A stretch of 64,000 nucleotides of DNA from the human T2T-CHM13v2.0 reference genome, Homo sapiens. The stretch is from assembly GCF_009914755.1 (NCBI RefSeq), contig NC_060926.1; one strand, written 5' to 3'. How positions within the stretch are numbered: the stretch's first letter is position 1; each line of letters starts with the position of its first letter. The position numbers and the translations under genes are program-made. Shown here in pieces: positions 43,677 to 57,670 of the stretch. The notes below the pieces were generated by a model that saw only the letters and a list, made by a program, of their open reading frames with translations, had not been told where the DNA came from and searched no databases.

Positions 43677-45960
43677 CTAAGAAAGAAACGGTTTCCAGTT
43701 ATAAGCGTCATGACAACAGCAGCAATCCACCACCCAGACCACAGGCGTGTCTGCAGAGACGTCTACTGGCCGAGTCTGACCTCCCTGCACTGCTTCAGCA
43801 GAGCTCCGTGTGCCAGAGGGTACTCCGCTTCCAAGATGACAGTTACTCACCTGGCAGTGCTAAACTGCACCATCTATACCTTCAGCCTCTAGGCTGCTGT
43901 GTACAAGGCTGGGCTTTGGATAGGTCAAGAGTTTCTGATGAAGGCACACACTCACTGAGTATCAGACAATTTCCATATCTAACATAACTTCAATGTCACT
44001 TTTATAAAAGCTTGGGTTTACAAAATTAGCTCTCCTAACACTATCTATTCCCCTCTGGGTGAGCTGTGTTAACCATGTCAGTGATGAAGGACTTGTAATC
44101 TCACACCCAAAAGCTAAGGCAGAAATGAGTACGCTCACAGGCGAGTGTCCCCGGCAAGCCAGAGGACAAACTCCATGCATTTCATGAAGAGAGAATACTT
44201 GTGTGGGGGCTTTAAGGAAAACCATTTGCTCTTTTTCTCCCTCCCATCACACATCAGAGCACCTGTTACTCTTACTCTGCCACCACTGCCCTCATCATAA
44301 GAGACCACCATAAAGTCTGATAATTCTATACCCTAAAGCCTCTTCATGCCCAGGTCCTCGGTTAGCCTGAAGCTAGATGGTAAATTTGGAGGGAGAGACC
44401 CTGGGCCTCAATGGAGCACAGAGGGGATGACTAGCGAAGTGGAGCGACGGAAATTTGCAAGAAAGTGATTCTGCCTTTCTCCTGGCAGACACACGATTCC
44501 AATTTTAGGAATTGTCCCTGTGCAAAGGCCCTCCACAAAGAGGGAAGGAGGAACATGGTATCTACAGAGAAGAGCCTGGCTGCCCAGGGAAGTCACTGAC
44601 AACACCCTTGCTAAAGAACCTGCAACAAAAACGCAGAGCAGGGGCGCCTCGGGCCTCTCCAGTGTACACAGGCAAATGCTGCAAGCAAAATGAGGCTTAC
44701 AGTGTGAGGCACGTTCTGGTCTGTTTTAAGTGAATTTTTTTCAAAAGTGGCACACTGTACCCATGAATCAGCAACAGTCCCAGAATGGAGTCAGCACTCC
44801 AGGGCAATTCTTTCCTACGTGATGAGAATTCCCTTTCACCTCGGGGAAAAATGCATGGTCTGCAATGTATTTGAGATGGCTGGTTACAAAGACATGCATA
44901 AGCAAAGGTGACATGGTTTGCAAGAAATAGGTCACATGGCCAACATTTTAGAGTTCCCTGAACTTTAGAGTGTTGCGTAGGAACCAGGAGAGGTAATTTG
45001 GGAGAAGCACCTGAAATGACCCCAAGGTAGGGTTAAGGGGGAGGTCTCTGTGAGCTAAGAGGTTCTTGTGTCCACTGCCATCAACAGAAGCAGAACATCT
45101 TGAATGCTGGACAGTCCACATTGGAAACCTTGCATTTTAAATGAGATGGAACAAAACTGCTCAGAAAATCACTCAGTGACAGAAAGGGTAAGAGGTCCTA
45201 CCATGACCTTGGCTGATGCACCAAGGAGGAGGCAGCTTGGGGGGTAGGACCATCTCCTTCAAATCCTTGGAGAGTTACCACACTGTAGAGGCATCACACT
45301 AGCCATGAATGGCCCCAGGTGGAGAAGTGAGGTCAGTGGACAGGTGTGCAGAAAGTGAGATTTCTGGTCCAATATGAGGAAGAGCTTTCTGCCGGCCAGA
45401 ACTGTCCAAAGACAGGGTGAATTTCTCTGAGCAGAAGCAAGTTCACCAGCACTGAAACTGCTCAAGGCTGGATGATCCCTCCAACAGGGAGGTTCTGGGG
45501 CTGTGGGCAGGCATGCAGGGAAGGCGAGAAGCCATGAAGGTGGTCTGTCCGGCTAAATGACAGACATCATCAGCAACCGGAAAATTTTCCCTCTGAACAA
45601 CCTCCATCTTCTAAAAACGCAATCAGGCCTTATAATGATGACCCGCCTGTTAAATAGAGAACGAGATGCACACACACGTCCACCTACTACCACCAAAAGG
45701 CTTCACACAATCTTAGACCCGGGCCCTTCAGAAGGTGGAGGGACTGATTACATCACTCACCCGTGCCTTGCAGATGTTTTACTTCTTTGTATACTCTTAC
45801 TTTGTGTTTGTTTGTTTTTCCTCTAGTATTTAGCAAGCAACAAACACAAATGTCCTAAGTGTGCCGATGGCAAATGAAGCAAAGCCTGGTGCTGCTCATG
45901 GTTTCACAAATGAACGAAAGTCTGAGCTGTCCTGCAGAGTGGAGGGAGAGGAGCACTCAC

Positions 45961-46021
45961 CAGGTTGACCGGGCTGCTGACGTTGCTGTTCATGAGAGCC
46001 ACGAGGCCATTCACTAGATCG
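45961..46021 (-). CDS. UXS1: UXS1 internal coding exon (61 nt)
   Basis: ttttttccag|C...CTG|gtgagt. Encodes (S)DLVNGLVALMNSNVSSPVNL. Confidence 0.95.
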
Positions 46022-49000
46022 CTGGAAAAAAAGGGGAGGCAGGTGAGGCTCTGCCTGCTGGAATATGCTAGTGCCACGCACCACATAGAAGCCCTCCCAG
46101 AAAAAAAATTACCACCCCCAGGAGAAAACAAAAACCCAAATGGAAAATTGAATGTCGAAACAAAATCCTACAAACTAAGATGGTGTTTATAATGCGAAAG
46201 TATTTATGGATGAAATGATATATTTGATGTCTGGGATTTGCTTTTTTTGGGTGTGGTGGAGATAGTTAAATAGGATGGAAGCTGAGTGATGGGGCTGAGT
46301 TCGCCACTGCATTTCTGAAGTCCTTTAACAATTAAAAACTAAGCATAAGTTAAAACAGGCATACACTCAAAAAAGATGGAGTTTACATAAGTTTCCAAAG
46401 AAAATTCATGTTTAATGTGAACCCAGTAGTTGACCTGTACGAAAGCACATGATTACTTTTAAAAACAAGATCCACGGAAATGAACGAACTCCAGTATGTG
46501 ATCCCCATACTGGCAAATCACAGATAAAGGCAAACAATACTGAGGGTTGAAATAAACAGAAACGTCACTCCCTACTCCCCCAACCTTAAAGTCGCCACCC
46601 CCCAAAACACCTCGTATGAAACGGTCAGGGATATTTGGATGTTTCAAATGGATTGTGATCAACTAGGCCATGAAGGTGAAGATAAGTAAGCAAACTTTCG
46701 CTTACCAAGGTTTGGTTCTTATTTTCAGAAGCTTTAAAGTGTGGCTCTGTTAAAACAAAGTTACTTCGTAAAAATGACACCTCACTGCTAAGCACAAGCA
46801 CTTTTTCTACGCCAATTTTCCATGAGCTACAATTCTTAGAAGACTTTTAAAGCTCTGACCCTTCTCCTTCTCCTCCTCCATCGTTACCAGTGAGGAGCAG
46901 GTCACTCTGGGTCAGGATAAACTTCCAAAAGAAAACCGCAGATAGGTTTTGCTTTCAATTGAAAAAACCTATTGGGGTATTTCGTAAATCAGATATTTCT
47001 GCGTTTTCCTTTACGACAAATGCGTATTTCATATGAACATGCTTAAAATGTTCTATTCTCAAGGATCAAGCACAAATGCAAATCCCTGCTAACCTTGGAT
47101 GATTTCTCCTTTATAGAAACTAGCAAAAAGTCACTTCATCACTATGGCAGTATTGCTACATTACAATAGTGCACTCATGACATACATCTGTGCACGTTTA
47201 TAAAAAGACATTAAAAGCTGCCATTCCATTGCATCCACAATATGATTTAATATTGAAACTGGGGGGTGGGGTTTATCTGAGTTGGAAGAAGGGTGACTCT
47301 CAGGCAGTCATCCTCAGTGGGGCAGACGGGAGAGCCATGGGCCTTTTACATGACAAACTGGCAACTTTTAAGGTCAAAATTGCATAGATCACATTCTTTA
47401 ACCTGAAGCTCTTTACAAGTGTCATTTTGACAAAGTGACTTTTAAAAAATATAGCATGCCTTTGTTATGTAAATGAGGACAAAACCGGCCATGAGAATAT
47501 TAAACAGAGTCATGCCAAAATGCCGATGCGGATGGCCACCTAGACCTCAGACTCCCTGCACTGTTGTTTCGAGGCAATCATGGGTTTGGGGAATGGTTAA
47601 TTTAATACAGTAACTATATGGACCCAGACATCGTGCATTACTAAAAGACGCTCAGTTCCTAAAAAATTGCTTGTGAAAAACATCAAAACTTTGGTCAGTT
47701 AATGAACTCAGCTGAGTCCTCAATAACTAAAAAGTTTAAGTCAGGAAACCCTTGCCCAAGTATGGCAAAGTCCCTGAAGCCTCATCATCTCAGACTCTGC
47801 TAATGTGAAACCAGAGAGGATCACCAGAGTGGGGAGTAAATAAATACTACTGAAGTGTTATGAAATGGGTTTTCTAAAAGGGTTAACAACCATGTGTCTA
47901 GGGAAACTGCTCATGCCCTCTTTTCAAGTAGTCAAGTGGTGTGGGAGAGGACGATGCATGTGATGGCAGCTAGGAGCATGAGCCACGACCATCAAAGCAG
48001 GCACAGGACAGTGACCAGGCCATCAGAGCGGGCCAGGGTGCATTTTGTCCTGCGCTGGGACAGCACATAGCACAGGCATCACTGAATGCTCAAAATATTT
48101 TAGTCCTAGCAAAAAGAAAAGTCTCTGAGGCTATTTTAAATGAATTTTGCACACAATGCCCTTGAGATAATGAGAGCAGAAAGAAGAATGGGTCCTGACT
48201 GGTTTCCTCTTACCGCACAACATCTCATTGATATTCCATGTGGTGTGGGGGCTGGAGAAGCCTGGGCGCCACTGGTGAGGCAGCCCGAGGCAGGCACACA
48301 TAACCGAGGACAGCAAGACTCCCTCAGAAAAGGGCACAGCTGGGTGAGTGGAGGAGGATGGGATAAGAACGCGTCACTATGGAAAGACGGTACTCAATCC
48401 AAGGGAGGCCCACAATTTGGTCCCCATACAGAAGTGTGCCATGATAGTTTCCTCCAGGGACATAGTGCCTACGTTAAGTGCTTTGAAATGAACACAGTCC
48501 CAAAGCGGGGGCAGCTGCCATTTCCCTGTTAAATCGCTTTTTAGAATATGCATGCCTATTTGGGCAACAAAGTTGGTTATAGTACACTTCTGGGCTTTTG
48601 CCCCTTGAGGCAAGATATTAATGGGTGGGGAGGAAAAAACTACTGGCTGTGTAAATGTTTACTCACAGCTTTCTTTTGGAGTAAATGGAAATTCACAAAT
48701 ACTTTCAGCAAAAATCTACAGTGGTTATTTTGATTTCTTTTTAAAATTTTATTTTACTACCAGTTCCATTTCTCCACGGGACTCCTACCCAGGACCCCTA
48801 CCTAAGGGTCCTGGGTAGGTACAATTTTATGTGGTTGCTTTGGCTGAGGTGGGACTTGGGGGCTGCCCCGACCTGCACAACAGCCACCATCTCACCCTAG
48901 TGCCCCTGGGATGGCCCTAAGACAGCAGGAATAACACTTCCTGATTGACAGGCATACTGGGGTATTTGCAATGAAGAGTGAAAATATGTGGGTTCAAAAT

Positions 49001-49450
49001 ATAGAACTGGGTTTCACAACAATTCAGGATACCAGAAACTTTCACAGAATTTACAATAGCCACATACTGGTGGATGCACTTTGGCATACACAACTGCTTC
49101 TATCCTAACTACTCTGAGAATCCACACTGCCTTCTAAAATTAATCACCAACGGAATGGAACAACAGAACAGTGGGTTTATAAGGGCTGCCAAGAAAGCAA
49201 TAAAAATCACCACGTGAATCTATTCAAAAAATATATTTTTATCTGCATTTAGTTTCAGCGTGAAATTCAACGTAAGAACACTATCTACCTTGTGCCCTCC
49301 ACAAGGACTATCTCCTCCACCCCGTGAGCCATGTTTGCAATGGGTCAGATTCTGGCATTCACAGGTCTGCTGGATGCAAAAGGCCATCTCTTAACTCCAC
49401 CTGCGCTGAAATCACCCAAGTCACCCTCAGAGCTGGGCAACTTCACCCAC

Positions 49451-49469
49451 ACACCGCTAGGTGGCAGTA
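49451..49469 (+). promoter_or_regulatory. CTCF-like binding motif
   Basis: ACACCGCTAGGTGGCAGTA fits the CTCF core CC(A/G)SYAGRKGGCRSYA. This is motif evidence only. Confidence 0.6.
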
Positions 49470-49696
49470 AAAGATTAGCACATGAGTCACGATAGTCATG
49501 GAGATGAATGCAAATTTTAACTTTTAAACAGAGAACAGCAAGTTTTCCCATCATAAAATTAAAAATTTTTAATCAATATATAGTGTTAGCGTTGTGGAAA
49601 TGGTTAACATATACAAGACACTGAACTGTCTGTCAAGTTGGCATGACCCCTGCTCCAAAGCACTGCTAAGGCTGGGGCAGGGCAGGACAGTCTTAC

Positions 49697-49740
49697 CTGA
49701 CGTACTGGAACGCCCTTGTCTGAGACCCGGATCCGTATAC
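49697..49740 (-). CDS. UXS1: UXS1 internal coding exon (44 nt)
   Basis: ttccttccag|GTA...AG|gtaaga. Encodes VYGSGSQTRAFQYV(S). Confidence 0.95.
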
Positions 49741-50424
49741 CTGGAAGGAAACCAACAGTTAGGCCTCCTGATAAAACCACACCCGTCCTGCGTAGGTGTC
49801 CTTGAAACTCCAGGGGACACAGTCCGACCTTGAAACTGATCCCAGGGGGCAGTGATGCTGACTCAAAGCATCTAGCACCACATCCCGCACTCTACTTCGA
49901 GACCATGCCTTGACAGTGAGATGGTGGCAGCAATACCTAAAGTGTGCACCTGGTATAGCTGTGTAAAGTTTTCCCTCAAAAGACAGTGCCTGAAGGAATT
50001 CACTTCTGCTGGAGTCTTACGATGTGTCAGGCATCATGTGAGGCTCTGGGGGGCTGTGACCTCAGAGTCCAGCTAGGTGACAGATCTACACACAAACATT
50101 AATACATGCATTTAACTGGGGTTCCTCACACTGACTGCCCAACAGCAGAGCTGGGGATGCCGCCCAGGCTGGTTCACAGACTGTTTGGGATGAGGCCGGC
50201 ATCTCCTGGTATTGTTACAGCTAGCTCCCCAGGAGATTCTAATATAAGGCCAAGGTGGAGAGGCATGCAGGAGACTCTGAAAGTGATGCGGAGGTGGCAG
50301 GAGGGAGGGTCACATTCCCCTTTGTTTCCACTGCACATTTGCTCCACACTTCCATAGCTTGGCTTGTGTTCTTTGCTCTGCCAGCTGAGACCATCTTGTC
50401 TACTTTCCACCTGGCAGAGTGCTA

Positions 50425-51321
<897 letters not shown>

Positions 51322-53714
51322 TTATTTAAAAAGCAGGTTCAAAGGCTATCTCTGTTTTCTTAATAAACATTTATATGCCAATTCCACAGGTGTATCAGTT
51401 CCATCTATGTAGGTTCTGTTCTTGGGGGGAAGGCCTTACACTGAGAAAAGGCTGGGGATACTGAGGAATGGGGATTCCTGTCAACACAGAAACTACAGCT
51501 GCAACAAATCTCAGTAAAGGAACATTGAGGAAGGATGGGCATGGGCCTCTTGGAAGCAGAGGGGAATTCCTTGACAGTTCTGCCTGAACCTGATTCTCTG
51601 GCCTGGCTGATACTTCTGATACATGTGAGGAAGGTAGGAAGCAGTGGGCCTGAGTTGGTAGGACAGGAGGTCCACCCACTGCCAGCTCCCTCAGCCTGGA
51701 AACTCCCCTCTACACCAGTGCCGTAGGTGTAACTCTTTTTGTTTTTTACAACCTTATTTTGGAGATGAGGTAATGGAAGGTCAAAGCGCTGGAGTGACCT
51801 GCATTCAGCAGAGTGAAATTTATCTTGACTCCAAGTTCAGAATTCTTTTTCCTGCCCTATTGTGTTCATAATTTCAGAACTACCTGTAGATTTTTTTTTC
51901 TTTTTTCAAACTGTGGCTCTCAGGCTGGCACCAGGCCATTCTCCAACCTCACTGTAGTGAGTATCGGATTTAGGCAACTCCCGCGTCACAGGCTCCTCCA
52001 CAGGTGGGTTTGGGGCTGTGCTGCTGTCCTGCCCATTGCCTCTGTCTGCATCCGGGGCTCTGCTCTCAAAGCTGAGCGCACAGATGCACCTCTGCTGCTT
52101 GTTTTGCACCTTCCCACCACACTCAGTCAGGGCCACTGTGATGGTGGGCTCACCAGTCTGCTAGTGCATTCCAGCCACATTCACAGAAAGCCCACCTTTG
52201 TCCAGAGCGGCAGTGGCCTTCAACAAGCCAGCCGAGGCCAGTCTTCAGTCTGATCTAAAGCCCAGGCTCACTCATCAGAGCAGCGGTGTCCACTCACACA
52301 CCGTCTCTCAGAGAGGAGCCATGGAAGAGCACAGTGGCAGCTTTCCATTCCACCCAAACATGCTGACCCCAAGCCCTGGAGGAACACAATCCAGGGCAAT
52401 ACATGCTGGGTAAGCCCCCCGACCGGGATGGGTTAACTAGGCTGCCAGGGTCAGGATGTGAAGAACCACGCCAGGTACCTGCTCAACCAAACAAGGGACT
52501 TGTGGTGGAGACATTCAGCAGCTTGAATATCACTTAATCCCAAAGGGCTGCAGCCTGGGAAGTCCAAAAGGCTCCCAAAATAACCTGCAGTCTGCTGGGT
52601 ATTTCCCACCGTTGACTCATTCATAAGTGCACTGGAAGGAGAGTTACGACTGTGGGTGCATTTCCCTGCGTGACTCGCCAGGGGCAGCTCCCCACCCAGC
52701 CAGCACCGACACAAGGTTCATCTGCAGGCACCACGGTCACCGGGTAAGCTATGCTGCCTTCAGGTACGGTGACAAAAGGTGCTCAGCAGCACTCCCTCTG
52801 AGGTCCCACCTGAGGCCCAACTGGGCCTCAAGGAAATAGTCCCTAGTACAAGAGGAGGCTGTTCTGCCTGGGCTGCAGTGGAAAGGCGTGGATCCCGTGG
52901 GACGCCCACTGCATACCCCCACAGACCTTGCTGACACAGTCCTGAAAGTTTGTATGCTCCAGTGTGTGCATTAGGCTAAGATGCAATGTCAGTGGCAGCC
53001 TGGAATACTTCCTTCCTCATGTCCTTAAGAGTCCTGCTGGATTTCAGTTTCTATAGCATATCACATCCATCATCTGTACTTTGGTTTAAATTAGCCTACC
53101 TATTTCACTAACACAGTACTTTGCAACATGAGGATTTGTAATTCATGTGTGAAATATTCACTGTGTGCGCTAATGTGAAAATGTAAAGTAAAAGAAAGGG
53201 GTGTGTGTGCAAGAGAGAAGATGCTATGCAATTATGCCCCATCCAAAATATCTGTCTTCCCTGGGCTCTAGAATGCAACTGCAGACCCTGTGTACAGCCC
53301 TCCCAGCATGGTCTGAGGCCTTCCATCTCCCCCACTTCAAGATAAGGCCTGCAGGGACTTGGCACAAATTGAGTGTGCAGCAAAATCCAGGGCATGAGTA
53401 TCACAGGGATCTGGTGTGGACAGCTGATGGCAGCAGAGCTCCCTCAGCCTTCTCATTGTTCTTCTAACAGAAGACAGTGTGAGATTCGGTCCCTCTGGCT
53501 TCATTTCACAGAACAGGAGAGATGCCAGGAGATTCGTGCAAGAGTCAAGGCTGCTACTGGGGGCCGGGGAACGAAGGGCTGTGTGCAGGTCAAAGCAGCA
53601 TGATGATCAAGGAGTAACCAACAGGGGAGAGGACCGGCCGGGGGTGAGGGGCAGCGAGGAGCTCTCATGATCACTTAGCAATGTCCCCAGCCGCTGTGCT
53701 TTATGTGTTTAAGA

Positions 53715-54184
53715 TGTAACAAAGATTCTTTGCTTGGCCAAACTTCGTTCAGCCTCGAGTACCTTCTCCTAGGCCCATTTGTGCACTTCCTTGTAAAATG
53801 TAGTTTTGACAAGAACCCTGCTAAGTCAGTTTCACAAGAAACCCTTACCCTCGATATCTGATCACCCTCGACATCTGACATTCCTCACCCCCCATATCCC
53901 CTAGAGTGTGTCCGACCACCCTGGCCTGTTGTCAGCAAGAATCCTGTTAGGTTGGTTTAGCTAGAATCCGCCTTACCTCTGATGCTTCCTCTTAATAATT
54001 TTCCATCCACTCACCTCCTCCCTGCTCCTTGGCTGTAAATTCTGCTTGCCTGTGCTGTATTTGGAGTTGATCCCAGTCTTTCCCCCCCGAAAAATCCCAC
54101 TGCAGTGATCCGTATTCCTGTCATGATGGTCCTGAATAAAGTCTTCCTCACCATACTTTAGTACCATTGAATAACTGTTTAACA
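53715..54184 (+). mobile_element. ERV1-class solo LTR (MER31/MER4-group-like)
   Basis: tgtaacaaagattctttgcttggccaaactt...tgtttaaca with TG...CA termini and AATAAA at 54135. Confidence 0.75.
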
Positions 54185-57100
54185 AATCCTATGGCTTTCC
54201 GCCACAAACGAAGGCCCAATGTAAGAATCACTTAACATACCACAGTATCAATAAAAAGGCTAAACATCATACCAGCTTTGAATTGGTCTTAGAAGTATGA
54301 TTTTTCCACAATTTCCCTTTGGAAGAATAGCAAGGCTTTTAAAATGATATAGCACTGGATTCAAACCCCAATTCTATCACATCTGACCTGTCCTGGGCAA
54401 ATCCAAACCTGGGATAAATCACATAAGGTGGAAAGCAGAATGACCCCTCCTGTGAAGGTGAGTGCCATAACTGAACTGTGGACCAAAGCCTCTTCGAAAA
54501 TAAACTTAGGACAATAGCTCTACCTGAACCATACTCATCTATTTTCTAATCTGAGATGCAAACTTTGCTGAACATGATTCCACTTAAAATATAGCTTTGA
54601 TGTATGATGCACTTAACCCAGCGACATACTCCCTGAGTCCTCATCACAGGCATCTGGTACAGCAACGAGTGAGATGCTAAGACAGGCATGAGGAATCTGC
54701 TCAAAAACACGGCTGCAAGGTAAGCAATCATACCCATCCAGCTTGGAAAGGGAGAACGAGACGCTGAGCTGTTTCTGGCCACCCTCAAAGAGGTCTTCAC
54801 CTCAGAAGTGACTTGTCGGAAATGTAGCAGAAAAGGAAATAGGTGGACACACCTCCTTATTTCCCTTCCTCAGTAAGCCGAGTGTTTCTAAAGACAGGCT
54901 GGCTCAGGCAGGCCTGCGAGTCTCTCCCTAGACTGCTCCACAGAGCCATCTGACAAGAGCAAGGCATGATATCTCAATTGGACAGAAAAGAATGAAGTCA
55001 GTGACTTCATCAAATTCTTGCTGGGAAATAGAATTCTGTGTGACAAAGGAAACAAAACACATTCTGAAAGGCCTCCCTCGGGACTTCTGCCTCCTGCCAC
55101 CAGAAGCTGCCTACAGAGACTGAAGCCCGCCACGTTCTCGATTAACTGCAGTCATGGACGGCTCCAGAGATCTTCTCCCTTTTGTCTCTGGCACAAAAGC
55201 TTGCTCGGTGTGAAGACAACACATGAGTTATCACCTCTGCCAACAATGCATGCATTCTTGGGGAGGCTAGGGGACACTGGGAGCCCTGGCTGTGGCCAAG
55301 GAGGCACTAAATCAAGCTGCTTCTTGGAGGCTTTCATGGTTTCCTCTAAACAAAGCAGCTCTCATCTCACAGCATGAAGGAGTTTCTGAACACAGTTGCT
55401 AAAAAGGCACCAGGCTGTCCTCGAGATGTGGAATTCTCAACTGAGCAGGTGGACTAAGGGGTTCGCAGGTCACGGCACAAGCTCCTAGGAACCCCAAGTA
55501 GCAGCAAGAGGGTTACATGAGATGATAGTAAGTTTCACCACTTTCACTTACCATAAAGGAAAGCGGCCACTACAAACCCAATAATTAGTCCACTCAACAT
55601 TTCTCTCCTGCGCCCACGTACCTGGTGGTCTTCTGGAAGCTGGGGACGCAACCATGAATGAAACAAAGTCCCTGGTTTTGAAGAGCATACACTGTACTAA
55701 CAGAGATTGGGGCTGAAAAATTCGTATTTCAGTTGGTTACAAGGGCACTGAAGACAACTAACATGGTTATGGTAACTAGCCTGGTGCCATAATGCAGAGA
55801 AGCATCAAGAAGGTTCCCTTAAGGAGAGGATGAATGAACAAGAATGCCTGGAAGAAAAGCAAGACGCTGCTGGGACAGGCAGGAGCAAGGGAGCAAGGAA
55901 GCCCGGCCTGAGGGAAGGTGCGGAGGCAACAGGGCTGTGTCCCGTGCTCTGCTGGAGCTGCAGAGCCACTTGAGCTTCCGACCCCTCTTTACAAGGCTCC
56001 CTCCAGCTGCGGGGTTGAGAGTACACAGGACAGGGAGAATGAGAGTGGCTCCAAGGCTACGGCAATAAATAGGGGTGGGGCGGCAGCAGTGTAGACCAGG
56101 GACTGGAGTCTGGATCTACCTAGGGAGGGCACGGCCATTAGGATGTGCTGGTGGATCTGTGCAGTGAAGGAAGGAGAAGAGCCATGTGTAGTCACAGAGC
56201 CTCCATTTAGGGGCACCAAGATACCACTTAGTGACAGGGGGAGGTGGGAGAGCTGGCATGGGCTGTTGGGAGCCTAAAGCTGAGTTTGGACTCACCTCTC
56301 CCCAGGAATGCACTCAGCGAAACTCAGCTATACAATGCAGTTGCCCTTGGAGAGTCATCCCACTGTGTAACAGGCTAGGCTTTTGGTTCTACGTTGGTAG
56401 CGGAGCAGCCAACACAGACAAGGAGACACACACCACGGAGAATGCTCATGAAGAGCGGGGGCTCTGGCTTCAAAACCCAGGCTACCACTGTGTGGCCACC
56501 TAAGCTTGGGCAACTCATATAACCTCTGCGCTCCAGCATCCTTGCCTGAAAAAGGAGGGGAATAATGTCACCTGCAGATCATAGGACAGAAGAGTGAGCT
56601 AACGTGATCAACCAATCAATGGGTAGATGCATATGTACTACACAGAAATACACAGAGCTATAATTCTTCCCCCTGGAATACACTCAATTGATAACAAACC
56701 ATGCCACAGGATTTTCAGAGTAACAGGATGCAAATCGACTCGAGTCCCACAAAATGCCATGCTGGAAAGTGCTCTAGGAGGCTACAGATCAGAAGAGCAA
56801 AGCAGCCTGGGCAGACAACCACGAAGAGGAGTGACCGGGGAGCTGGGGGTGGGAGGGAGGATTAGCAAAACCAAAGATGCCGGCAGAGCCTCTCACCAGG
56901 CAGGCCTGGGGTGCTCCTCCCAAGGGAGGCCAGAGGGCTGTGGGGACAGGTGTGGAATCAGCAAACCCACCCTGACCCCAGATGGTATCTGAGGGTACCA
57001 AGCAGTCAGTGTCGGCACAGACATCTTTGCCACACACTTGGACCACCGACCACAGATCACTGGGACCTCTGCTGGCTCCAGAAGTCTCCCTGGGTTGAGG

Positions 57101-57550
57101 GTGGCCAGTGGAGGATGGTACCGAGGGCCTGCCGGCATTGTCAAGGTGACGGCCCAGCCTGACCAGATGTGGCTCACCTCCCCACCCTACCTGTCCAGGC
57201 TTCTCAGCCATCCGAGGACACCCAGTACAGGCACACCCCTGGCTACAGCCAGCAGGCCAAAAGTATGTCGGAGAAGGTCTTCACAGGCCGGCTGGTACAG
57301 GCAGGCAGACCTGGAGGCATGGGCAGGGACCCCAGTGGCCATGGAGGGCAAGGTGACTCTAGTTTCGTGGAGCAGCCATGCATCTGGGTTATGTCCCCGT
57401 GCCTGCCTTCCCCTTAGTGGAGGGTAGCGGGTATACATGGCAGCTTCAGAAGTGTCACTCCCTGAACCAAGATGCACTTATCCCTCATCCTTTGTGAGCT
57501 GACTTCGATTTGGGTTGCAAGGTGCTCCCTGAGCCGAGGCCAGCACCTAC

Positions 57551-57670
57551 CGTGAGTGGCTCCCCCTGGAGCGCCTGCAGGATGAAGTTGCTGACTACTC
57601 GCCCATCGTTCATGTGCATGCGTGGCCCAAAGGTGTTGAAGATTCTGGCCACTCGCACTTCCACGCCTTC
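57551..57670 (-). CDS. UXS1: UXS1 internal coding exon (sixth from last)
   Basis: ttccag|GAA...ACG|gtaggt. 120 nt encoding [40 protein letters not shown], typical of extended SDR nucleotide-sugar enzymes. Confidence 0.96.
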
